A DNA stretch of 64,000 nt from an uncultured Planctomycetota bacterium (GTDB taxonomy: Bacteria; Planctomycetota; Planctomycetia; Isosphaerales; Isosphaeraceae). Numbering within the stretch: the first letter of the stretch is position 1; every line of letters begins with the position of its first letter. The stretch covers positions 381,814-445,813 of the forward strand of contig CAWJTV010000028.1 in the NCBI GenBank assembly GCA_963845755.1, read 5' to 3'. Below the pieces are notes generated by a model. It was not told the DNA's origin and ran no database searches. It worked only from the letters and a program-made list of their open reading frames with translations. Shown here in pieces: positions 41,415 through 51,609 of this stretch. The position numbers and the translations under genes were made by a program.

Positions 41415-44400
41415 ATGAGAACTCATAGCTCGATGAAAGCCCCGGGTTGGCATTGGGCCGTTGCGATCGTCGCGGCCGTTGCCGCATCGACCCGCGCCGA
41501 TGATCCCAGGGGCGGGAATCCCTCCGGCACGCCTTCCCGGACGTATGCTCCGAGGATCGCCCCGGCTTCCGATGAGGCGAAGCGAGCGATCCGGTCGTTC
41601 CGGGTTCCGAAGGGACTGGAGGTCGAGCTATTCGCGGCCGAGCCGCTGCTGGCCAACCCGGTGGCATTCTGCATCGACGAGAAGGGCGTGTTCTATGTCG
41701 CCGAGACGTTCCGCCTCGGCGCGGGGGTGACCGACACCCGTGGGCACATGAACTGGCTCGACGACGACCTGGCCTGCCGGACGGTCGCCGACCGCGTGGC
41801 CATGTACAAGAAGTTCCTGGGTAACGAATTCGCCCGGTACGAAGTCGAGCATGAGCGCATACGTCGCGTCGTGGACCGCGACGGCGATGGTCGGGCCGAT
41901 GCGTCCACAGTGTTCGCCGACGGGTACAACGATCCGGCCGCCGGGATCGGCGCCGGGATCCTGGCGCGGAAGGACGAGGTCTGGTACGCGTGCATCCCCT
42001 GGCTCTGGAAGCTCCGCGACACTAAAGGCGATGGCCGGGCCGATCAACGCACTTTGCTTCACCAGGGGTATGGCGTCCACGTCGGCTTCCTGGGCCACGA
42101 CCTGCATGGTCTGCGGTTCGGACCGGATGGGCGGCTGTATTTCAGCATCGGCGATCGAGGGTTCAACGTGACGACGCTCGACGGCCACAAGCTGACCGCC
42201 CTCGACAGTGGCTCAGTCCTCCGTTGCAACCCGGATGGCACCGAGCTGGAGGTCTTCGCCACGGGGCTGCGCAACCCCCAGGAGCTGGCGTTCGACGAGT
42301 TCGGCAACCTCTTCACCGGCGATAATAACTCGGATAGCGGCGACCGGGCGCGCTGGGTGTATGTGGTCGAGGGGGGAGACAGCGGCTGGCGGATCGGCTA
42401 CCAGTTCATGGCGGGGTCGTACAGCCGCGGCCCGTGGAACGAGGAGAAGCTCTGGTATCCGGCGTTCGACGGCCAGGCAGCATACATCGTCCCGCCGATC
42501 GCCAACCTCGGCGACGGTCCGTCGGGCCTGGCCTACCATCCGGGCGTCAGCCTGCTCCCCGAGTCGTACCGGAACCACTTCTTCCTGGTGGACTTCCGCG
42601 GCTCCAGCGGCCAGAGCGGGATCCGGAGCTTCGCGCTGCGGCCCCGGGGGGCATCATTCGAGGTGGTGGATTCTCAAAGATTCGTCTGGTCGGCACTGGC
42701 GACCGACGTCAACTTCGGGCCTGACGGTGCACTGACTTTCTGCGACTGGGTCGAGGGCTGGGACAAGCCGAACAAGGGGCGGCTCTACCGCGTGATCGAT
42801 CCGTCGCGTCGCGTCGACACCACGGTCCGCGAGGTCAAGGCGATGCTGGCCCAGGGGATGGAGCATCGCTCGAACGACGAGCTGGCCCGACTGCTCGCCC
42901 ACCCGGACATGAGGATCCGCCAGGAGGCTCAGTTCACGCTTGCCGCGCGGGGTGACCTGGGTCTGCCGACGCTGGCTCGAGTCGCCGGATCGAAGGAGAA
43001 CCTCCTGGCGCGGATTCACGCGATCTGGGGACTGGGCCAGATTGTTCGGATGAAGGGCGCCGGGCGATCGCTCAGCCTGTGGGGCATCGTCGGTCCCCTG
43101 ATCGACGATCCCGAGGCCGAGATCCGCGCAGGCGATCAAGGCGATGGGCGAGCAGCGCGAGGCGAAGGCGTTCGAGAAGCTGATCGGCCGACTCCGCGAC
43201 GACAGCCCGCGAGTCCGCTTCTTCGCCGCGATGGCGCTTGGGAAGCTCGTCCGATCCGAGGCGGTCGGGCCGCTGCTGGGGCTGCTCCGGGACAACGCGG
43301 ACAAGGACCCTTATCTGCGGCACGCCGCCGTGATGGGCCTGGTCGGGTCGGGTGATGTGCCTGCGCTCGAGCGGGCGGCGGCCGACGAATCACCGGCGGC
43401 GCGGATGGGGGCGTTGCTGGCGTTACGGCGGCTTGGTCATCCCGAGGTCGCCCGGTTCTTGAAGGACCGTGATCCCCGACTGGTCCTCGAGGCGGCTCGG
43501 GCGATCAACGACGTGCCGATCGCAGGCGCGATGACGCCGCTCGCCGCCGTGCCGATGACGGCGGGAATGCCCATGCCGCTCTTGCGCCGGGTGCTCAATG
43601 CCAACCTTCACCTGGGCGGATCCGCGCACGCTACGCTGGTAGCGGAGGCCGCCGGACGATCCGATCTGCCTTCGGGGGTGCGCGTCCAGGCCCTGGAGAT
43701 GCTGGGCGGCTGGGCCAGGCCGTCGGGCCGGGACGCGGTGATGGGGCTCTGGCGGCCGATCGCGCCCCGAGCCGCCGATCCGGCACTCGCTGCGCTGCGG
43801 CCGAAGCTTGCGGCGATCCTCTCCGGCTCGCCGGACGCGGTCCGGCTTGCCGCGACGATGGCCGCCGCGGCGCTGGGCATCAAGGAGGCCGGCGATCCAC
43901 TCGTGGCGCTGGCGACCGACCGCGACCAGAGCGACCGCACCCGCTCCGCGGCCCTCAAAGCCCTTGACCAGCTGGGCGATCCCCGCCGCGTCGATACGGC
44001 CCGGCGGGCCGGATCCATGAGCGGGAGCCGGACCCGGACCGAGGCCCTCCGGATCCTGGCTGCGGCCGATCCCGACGCCGCGATCCCGATGGTGCAGGAC
44101 CGCATCGACCGCGGCCCGATCGCCGAACGCCAGGGCGCGATCGCGACGCTGGCCTCGATGCGGGGCGACGCGGCTCGGCAGGTGCTGCTGGCTCGCCTGG
44201 ATCAGCTCATCGCCGGCAAGGTCTCGGCCGAGGTCCAGCTCGACCTGATCGAGGCCGCCGCCACACGCCCCGAACCCGAGATCCGCAAGAAACTCCAGCA
44301 GTACGAGCGCGGCAAGCCCAAGGGCGACTCGATGGCCCAGTACCGCGAGGCCCTCTCCGGCGGCAACGCCCAGCGCGGCCGTACCGTCTTCACCGACAAG

Positions 44401-44808
44401 GCCGCAACCGAATGCCTCCGCTGCCACAAGGCCCGGACCTGGAATGACGAGATTCCCGGCGGCGAGGTCGGGCCGGAGCTCTCCGGCATCGGCGCCCGCC
44501 AGAACCGTACTTATCTACTCGAATCGATCGTCGACCCCAACAAACAGATCGCCCAGGGGTTCGAATCGATCGTGCTGGCCACCGGCGACGGCAAGGTGAT
44601 CACCGGCGTCCTCCGCGGCGAGGACGACAAGGAAGTCCGGCTGATCACCGCGGAAGGCCAGTTGGTCACCGTCGCAAAGGACTCGATTGACGAGCGCAAC
44701 CGCGGTCCTTCCGCCATGCCCGCCGACCTCGTGCAGAAGCTCTCCCGGACCGAGCTCCGCGACCTGATCGAGTTCCTCTCCACTTTGAGGACGCCGCCGA
44801 AGAAGTAA
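41415..44808 (+). CDS. PVC-type membrane-bound dehydrogenase-like protein: beta-propeller, HEAT repeats, cytochrome c; frameshift near 43130
   Basis: LFAAEPLLANPVA; DRDGDGRAD; GLRNPQELAFDEFG; HEAT repeats; ECLRCH; GPELSGIG; SAMP. Confidence 0.92.
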
Positions 44809-44823
44809 CAACCGATATCCAAA

Positions 44824-44866
44824 ACGGGAACTGGTGCCGAGTCTTCGAGATGCCAGTCCCCGCGTT
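44824..44866. terminator. REP-like hairpin between convergent genes
   Basis: CGGGAACTGG...CCAGTCCCCG inverted pair. Confidence 0.45.
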
Positions 44867-44937
44867 GAAAACAGCTTTCAAGCATCAGAATCGCACTCCA
44901 CAGAATCGCCTGGAGGCGATCCGGGAGGCGGTTATTC

Positions 44938-45906
44938 CTACGGCGGCTCGCGCCCACCGCGGAGCACCATCAGGTCAGTCTGGGAGTTGGGGTGATGGAC
45001 CGGGTGCGCGGCGAGCAGGTCCGCTGGCTCGACCAGCGGCAGCCTTTTCGTGTCCTTCCGCAGGAACTCATAGAACTGGTAATGGTAAGACTGGAGCGAC
45101 TTCAGAAGGGCGCCGGCGTCGGTCCCCATCCCCTCGAGTCCGTGCGGCCAGAACTCCATGAAGATCGTCGGGCCGTCGGTCCGGCCCTCCAGCAGCCCCG
45201 TCATCCCTTCCAGGATCAGGCCCTCGGCCCCCTGGGTGTCCATCTTGATGAGGTCGATCCCCCGCTCATGGTCGTGGAAGTACTCGTCCAGGCGGACCGC
45301 CTCGACCTCCACCGAAGTGCGGGACTCACCTTCCGGCTGGTAGATTCGATGGTCGCCCTTGTTCAGGGGGGCGATAAACAGTTTCACGATCCCCTTGCGG
45401 TTCGAGAGGGCTTTCTGCTCCAGTACCACGTTGGTGAGTCCGTTAAGCCGGACATTCTTCTGGAGCAGCGCGAAGCTCGCGGGCTCCGGTTCGAAGGCGT
45501 ACACCTTCCCCGTGTCCCCGACCAGCCGGGAGCCGATGATGGTGTAGTAGCCCAGGTTCGCCCCGGCGTCGACGATGATGTCTCCGGGCTTGACGACCCG
45601 GAGGAACCAGGCGGTCTCGATCGCCTCCCAGCTCCCGAACCCAAAGATGGCCGGAGTGATGATCAGGTCTTTCGGGTCCAGGTACATCCTGATCCCGGGC
45701 ATCCCCTCGACCTTCAGCTCAAAAGGATCCGTGCCGTCGTAGGGCGGGACGTTGCTCCGCCGGGGTCGCGGCGGGGAGAACAGCCGGGAGGCGAGGTCGG
45801 CGGCGGATGGCACATACGGCCAGGTCAAGGCGAAATACGCCACCAGACCGACGACGATGAGGAACACAGGCGTCAGAGCCAGGACCAGCACTCTGCGCGG
45901 AGACAT
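44938..45906 (-). CDS. FkbM family methyltransferase with N-terminal TM
   Basis: VDAGANLGYY; VYAFEPEP; LIKMDTQGAE. Confidence 0.92.
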   Translation of the reverse strand: MSPRRVLVLALTPVFLIVVGLVAYFALTWPYVPSAADLASRLFSPPRPRRSNVPPYDGTDPFELKVEGMPGIRMYLDPKDLIITPAIFGFGSWEAIETAWFLRVVKPGDIIVDAGANLGYYTIIGSRLVGDTGKVYAFEPEPASFALLQKNVRLNGLTNVVLEQKALSNRKGIVKLFIAPLNKGDHRIYQPEGESRTSVEVEAVRLDEYFHDHERGIDLIKMDTQGAEGLILEGMTGLLEGRTDGPTIFMEFWPHGLEGMGTDAGALLKSLQSYHYQFYEFLRKDTKRLPLVEPADLLAAHPVHHPNSQTDLMVLRGGREPP

Positions 45907-45930
45907 GCGATAGCTCCTTCCGTGACCGGC

Positions 45931-47161
45931 GGTGGTGTCCTATGGAATTTGAACGCAGTAAGTTCTTCGTGTATCATGGGTTCCTCGACATGACCCCATT
46001 TGCTCTGGTCCCAGGATCATGGAGGCACTGCCATGGAGGATCTTTCCGGCTTCTGCTGCCAGCGTGCGGATTGCCCCGATTACGGCCTGCGTGGGCTCGG
46101 CAACCTGTCGGTCTGCGGCACCTACGGCCAGGGCCAGCCCATCCGCCAGCTCTACTGTCGCACTTGCAAGGCCCGTTTCTCCGAGCGCAAGGGTACGCCG
46201 CTGTACCGCTCCAGCTTGCCCCGGGAGACGACCATCTCGCTGATCGAACATCTCGCCGATCGCACCGGGGTGCGGGCCACCGCTCGACTCCTCGGTGTGC
46301 ACCGCGACACGGTGGTACGTTACCGCCGAGTCCTGGGCGAGCACGCCCGGCAACTCCACGACGAGCTCGTGGCTTTTTCCCCCTCGGACGGAAGAGGTCC
46401 AGTTCGACGAGAAGTGGTCGTTCGTGTTCAAGAAGCAGGAGCACTGCGACCCGGGCAATCCGGCTGATGACCAGCATGGGGATTGGTGGGACCACACCGC
46501 CTACGATCCCGAGCACAAGCTGGTCCTTTGCGTCGTCCCCGGGGCGCGTGGGGCCGAGGAGGTCGAGGCCGTGGTCGCCGCGGCCAAGCAGCGGACAGGA
46601 GACCACCCCGTGAGGCTGATGACCAGCGACGACTACCCGGCGTACAAGGAGGCGATCCTGCGCATCTACGGGAGCGAGGTCACCGCGACGCCGACGGGCC
46701 GCGACAGCAAGCGGATGGTGCCTGAGAAGGTACCGCCGCCGGAGCTGACCTACGCCACGGTCGAGAAGCGGCGGCGGCGGGGTCGGGTGGTGGAGATCCT
46801 GGTCCATCTGATCTTCGGCACGCTGGCGGCGCTGGCCAAGGCGTTGCGGCTCTCGAAGGTGAGCCGACAGGTCAACGTCTCGTTCCTGGAGCGGTACAAC
46901 GCGACCGACCGGCACAAGAACGCCCGGAAGGTGCGGAAGACGTACACGTTCTCGAAGGATTGGCGGGTGCACGAGTCGATGACCTATTTTACGATGTACA
47001 GCGATAACTTCTGCTGGCCTGTGAGGACGTTGGAATATCGGGACGACGATGGCCGGGTGCGAAAGAGGTCACCGGCGATGGCTGCCGGCCTGGCCGACCA
47101 CGTCTGGACGATGCGTGAGTGGATCACAATGCCATCTGTTCAAATTGCGTAGGACACCACC
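45931..47161 (+). mobile_element. IS1-family insertion sequence (1231 bp)
   Basis: TIRs GGTGGTGTCCTAtGgAATTTGAAC / GTTCAAATTgCgTAGGACACCACC; 8 bp target duplication TGACCGGC (45923-45930, 47162-47169). Confidence 0.93.
46033..47152 (+). CDS. IS1-family transposase in two frames (Zn-finger/HTH plus DDE), joined near TTTTTCCCCC
   Basis: CCQRADC...CRTC; GVRATARLLGVHRDTV; VQFDEKW; MTSDDY; FLERYN; SPAMAAGL. Confidence 0.88.
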
Positions 47162-47200
47162 TGACCGGCTCCATCAGACGTTTCATCGATGACCGTCCGA

Positions 47201-49219
47201 TCACCTCGGGAGATCGCTCACCGGCGAGAGGCGGATCAGGATACCGCCAGCCGGCGCCAGGGGGACTCGGAGAACATTCACGGCTGCGACACTCTCCGTG
47301 CGCCGGTCGAGGCGGGTGACCGTATTCAGGTCGTCGCGATAGATCTCCGCCCGGAATCGACCAGGCCCGAGGAAGCTCAGCGGGATCTCAACCTCGCCGG
47401 GCTTTCGGTCACCCATCGCACCGACCCACCACTCGGGCCCGTGCCGCCGGGCGATGACGATGAGCTCTCCAACCTTGCCGGTCAGGCAGCGGGTGTCGTC
47501 CCAGGTCGTTGGGACCGCAGCCAGGACCGGAAGCGCCGGGTGGCCTCGATACGCGGAGGGGTAATCCGCCACCATCGGTAGGTGATTCTGCAAGACAACG
47601 TAGGAGGCGAGCATCCGGCAGGGTGTCCCCATGACCAGCGGTGCCGCGTTGCGCGGCCGGAATTCCTCCGGAGGCACGCCACGGAGCGAACCTTGGTGGA
47701 AGTCGAGCGGACCGGCCAGCATCCGCGTGAAAGGGACGGTCAGCTCGTGCTCGGGCGTGACACCCTGCTTGTCCCACTTGTCATATTCCAGGTTCAACAC
47801 CCCCTCGTTCGTCAATAAGTTGGGATACGTCCGTTCCAGACCGGTTCGCGCGGAGACCCCGTGAAGCGTGACGGTCAATCGGTTCGCGGCGGCCGTCTCC
47901 AGCGCCCGGCGGAGGAAGTTGATCATCACCTGGTCGTCGCGGTCCATGAAGTCGAGCATCACCCCCTCGACGCCCCACTCGCGGTAGAGCGGGAAGGCCC
48001 GGTCCATGTGGGCCTCGGCTGCCCGCCAGTTCATCCAGAGGCGGATCCTGACGCCCTTCGTCGCGGCGTAGCGGAGCACCTCTCGGAGGTCGAGTCCCTC
48101 GACGCCCCGAGTGATGTCGGCCCCCTCGTACGGCACGATCGGGCCGCCGTACCAGGCCGTATTCTCCTTGCCGTCGAGCGAGTGGTAGGGGATCCCGGCC
48201 TCGGCGCAGAAGTCGATGTAATACTTCGCCGTCTCCGTGTTCAGCCCCATAGGGAAGGAGACATGATCCTCGTGGAAGCCGTTCCACCAGGGGAACGTCG
48301 TCTTGCCGGGCCGGATCCAGGAGGTATCAGCCAGGGCGCAGGGTGCGTTGAGGTTGAGCACCAGGTCCGACTCGACCAGCCGCTCCACATTGTCCGCGAT
48401 CATGAGGACCCGCCAGGGCGACTCGTGCGGAAGGCCGGCCCGGACTGCGACTCCTGGCTCGCCCGGCCTTGGCGATAGCCGGCAACCCAGGACGGCCCCT
48501 CCTTCGGCATCGCGCGCCAGATACATCCCCGCATAATCGGTCAAGTTGGCCTCCATCACCGAGAGCCAGCCTATCGCCGGAAGCTCGGCAAGTAACGGCA
48601 GCCCAACGAGCCACTCCGCGGGAATCTCGCCCACGGCCCGCTTCTGGTAGTGGGCCTCGTGGGAGGTGGTATAGCCGTCCAGCGGTAGGACATAAGCCAG
48701 TGCGTCGCCGGGCAGGTGGAACCGGGTCCGTTCACCGGCGATCGCGAAGCGATCCCAGCCCTGCTGAGCGGCAAGACGATACTTGAAGGCGACCCCGTCG
48801 TCGTAGGCTCGAATGACGACCTCCCAGAGCCTTGCCGGCGCCGCGCGCTCGCGAAGTGAGACGACCACCTCTTCGCAATGGTTGACGACCCGGCTACGCT
48901 TTCCCGGGTGTTGTTGATAGGTCTCGTTGATGGCCCTTGTCCGGACCCCCTCAATCACCGAGTCGTGACCGAGGCTCGGCCCATCGACCAGGTTGACACC
49001 CAGCCTCGACGGCAGGATGACCGACTTGCCTCGAAAGGAGATGGAATAGACGGGGGAAGCCCGACCCTCACCGTGTTCGGCGAGTGAGATCTCCACGCGA
49101 ATCCGCCCGCCAGGCGATGTCGCCGCGGCACGTGACGGGGAGTCCCGATCGGCGCACGATGCCGAGGCGGTGATCACAAGCCAGACCCCGCATGCCAACG
49201 GCGATAGGTGGCGTCGCAT
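47201..49219 (-). CDS. Glycoside hydrolase family 97
   Basis: RAYDDGVAFKY; SPWRVLMI; SWIRPGK; YYIDFCA; MLDFMDRDDQ; GLERTYPN; PFTRMLAGPLD; PTTWDDT. Confidence 0.93.
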   Translation of the reverse strand: MRRHLSPLACGVWLVITASASCADRDSPSRAAATSPGGRIRVEISLAEHGEGRASPVYSISFRGKSVILPSRLGVNLVDGPSLGHDSVIEGVRTRAINETYQQHPGKRSRVVNHCEEVVVSLRERAAPARLWEVVIRAYDDGVAFKYRLAAQQGWDRFAIAGERTRFHLPGDALAYVLPLDGYTTSHEAHYQKRAVGEIPAEWLVGLPLLAELPAIGWLSVMEANLTDYAGMYLARDAEGGAVLGCRLSPRPGEPGVAVRAGLPHESPWRVLMIADNVERLVESDLVLNLNAPCALADTSWIRPGKTTFPWWNGFHEDHVSFPMGLNTETAKYYIDFCAEAGIPYHSLDGKENTAWYGGPIVPYEGADITRGVEGLDLREVLRYAATKGVRIRLWMNWRAAEAHMDRAFPLYREWGVEGVMLDFMDRDDQVMINFLRRALETAAANRLTVTLHGVSARTGLERTYPNLLTNEGVLNLEYDKWDKQGVTPEHELTVPFTRMLAGPLDFHQGSLRGVPPEEFRPRNAAPLVMGTPCRMLASYVVLQNHLPMVADYPSAYRGHPALPVLAAVPTTWDDTRCLTGKVGELIVIARRHGPEWWVGAMGDRKPGEVEIPLSFLGPGRFRAEIYRDDLNTVTRLDRRTESVAAVNVLRVPLAPAGGILIRLSPVSDLPR

Positions 49220-49342
49220 TCTCGGTCTCCTCGTCGCGAGGCTGCCAGGTCGCCGGGCCCCGGGGTCGACGCCGGTGAGGACCCAGTCCGGGGTCCGCAA
49301 CCTCAGTCCTCGGCTTCCCATGATATCGCGTCGGTCCGCTAG

Positions 49343-51470
49343 CCTGGATTCCCATGGAGGGGAAACCGGCTAACAAATTGGCTTGCAACTGATCCGGTTT
49401 ATCCCTAAAATCCGGTTGTCTCTGGCACCGTCTCGTTATCGACGCCCAAGAACTATAGATACCCCAGCCACAGGGTCAACCCAAACATCCAACCGATGCA
49501 GATTCGATGTTGGGTCGCCATTTCGGCCTGAAATCCCAGGATTTCCCGCATTCTATCAACACATCAACGAGCGACTCCGAATCAGGATGGCACCGTGGCA
49601 TCATGGACGATAATTCCAGAGAGCGCCTAACACTGGCCCGCCGCTTCTTGGAGCCTTCCAACTCCACCCATCGACAATACGAGGCCCTCCGAGCGTTCTT
49701 CGTTGAACCGACTACCATCGGCCGAGGCGGCCGCTCGCTTCGGCTACTCACCGGGGAGCTTCCGCGTCCTCGTCCACCAGTTCCGCAGCCAGCCCGACCG
49801 CGATTTCTTCGCCCCCGCCCCACGCCAGGGCCGGCCTCCCGCCAAACGGAAACGGCTGCGGCAACAGGTCGTCGCCCTGCGCAAGCAGAACCTCTCCGTC
49901 CACGACATCAGCCGCGCCTTGGCCCGCGACGGCGAGGCCCTCAGCCCGGCGGCGGTCGCCGCCATCCTCAAGGAAGAGGGCTTCGCCAAGCTGCCGCGAC
50001 GAGTTGACGACGAGCGACCCGAACAGCCGCGCCCCGTCGTCGCCGAGATCGCCGATGTTCGCCGTCTCGACCTGACACAACGCCACCTGCGTACCCAGTT
50101 CGGCGGCCTGTTCCTGTTCTTCCCCTGGCTGATCGCCGCCGACTTGGACATGCTCCTGGGGCGGTGCGGCTTCCCCGGCTCCGAGATGATTCCCGCCGCC
50201 TGCGCCGTTCGGTCGCTCCTGGCTCTGAAACTCTTCGGCGATGCGCGCCATTCCCACGTCATGAGCGCGGTACTCGACGACGGGCTGGCTCTCTTCGCTG
50301 GCTTGAATGTGATCCCCAAGCGATCGTTCCTGACCGAATACAGTTGCCGGATCCCGCCGACGTGCTATCCCACCTTGATGCGCGACTGGTTCGACACGGT
50401 CAGTCGTCTGGGCTTGCGATGGGGGACCTCGTTCGACCTGGACTTCCACACCATCCCCTTCCACGGCGAGGATGCCCTGGTCGAGAAGCACTACATCTCC
50501 AAGCGGAGCCGGAGTCAGAAGGGGATCCTGGCCTTCCTGGCCCAGGACGCCGAGACCCGCGTCTTCTGCTACGCCAATGCCGAGTTGCGCAAGGATCAGC
50601 GGGATGACGAGGTCCTTCGCTTCGTCGAATTCTGGAAGCGACGGACCGGACGGTTGCCCGCGGAGCTGATCTTCGACTGCACGTTGACGACGTACGCCAA
50701 GCTCAACGAGCTGAACCGGATGAAGATCGACTTCATCACGTTGCGGCGACGGACCCCCAAGCACCTGGCGGAGATCGCGCGGGTCCCGCTCTCGGCCTGG
50801 CGGCGGGTCGAGCTGGAGAATGTCGCCCGCGCCTACAAGACACCGCGGGTGCTGGACCGCCAGGTCGCGCTGACGGACTACGATGGCCCGATCCGCCAGT
50901 TGACCGTGGCCGATTTGGGTCACGAGGAGCCGACGTTGCTCTTGACCAACCAGTTGAGCCGGTCGGCGTCGCACCTGATCGGCCGCTACGCCCGGCGGAT
51001 GATCATCGAGAACACCATCGCCGACGGGATCGACTTCTTCCACATGGACGCGCTGAGCTCGGCGGTGGCGATGAAGGTCAACTGCGACCTGCAACTGACC
51101 TTGATGGCCAGCAGCCTGTACCGGCTGCTGGCAGCCCGAGTCGGCCAGGGTTACGAGGTCGCCGAGTCGCGCCACCTGTTCCGAGACTTGGTGGATGCCA
51201 CGGCGGGAATCACGATCGGAGAGAGCGAGTTGGTGGTCCGGTATCAGAGGCGGGCACACAATCCGCTGCTGATCGCCGCCGGGTTTGATCAGACCGACGT
51301 GGCCGTCCCCTGGCTGGGGGGCAAGCGACTGCGGCTGGTCTTCGGATGAGGTCATGCTGGCCCCCGGGCCGACCGTGGTGTAAAGTCCAGAACTAACGTC
51401 GCAACGCATTGCCACATCTTCATGCAGCTTGCCGATTTGTTAGCGAGTTTCCCCTCCATGGGAATCCAGG
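49343..51470 (+). mobile_element. IS element, probably IS1380-like (2128 bp)
   Basis: ~39 bp TIRs CCTGGATTCCCATGGAGGGGAAAC..GCTAACAAAT.GGC; flanked by CTAG on both sides (49339-49342, 51471-51474). Confidence 0.9.
49603..51349 (+). CDS. DDE transposase with N-terminal HTH; frameshift near 49707
   Basis: HRQYEALRAFFV / LPSAEAAARFGYS; DLDFHTIPFHG; LIFDC; YARRMIIENTI. Confidence 0.88.
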
Positions 51471-51609
51471 CTAGTGAAAGTCTCCTGGCTCCTGACCGTT
51501 TGTCAGCTCACAGGCAACTTCGAGGGGCCCGTGGCCCGTGAGGACATCCTTGGTTATTGACGCAGTCCAGCCACGCTAGCGGATCCAACGTCCCGTGGTC
51601 ATCGCGTCA

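Noticed and set aside
49748..51415. 555 aa minus-strand ORF
   Set aside because: Antisense to the transposase; typical shadow ORF
51475..51600. Possible IS110-like non-coding remnant split by the IS1380-like element (with 49260-49338)
   Set aside because: Only a vague impression; no recombinase fragment or definable ends
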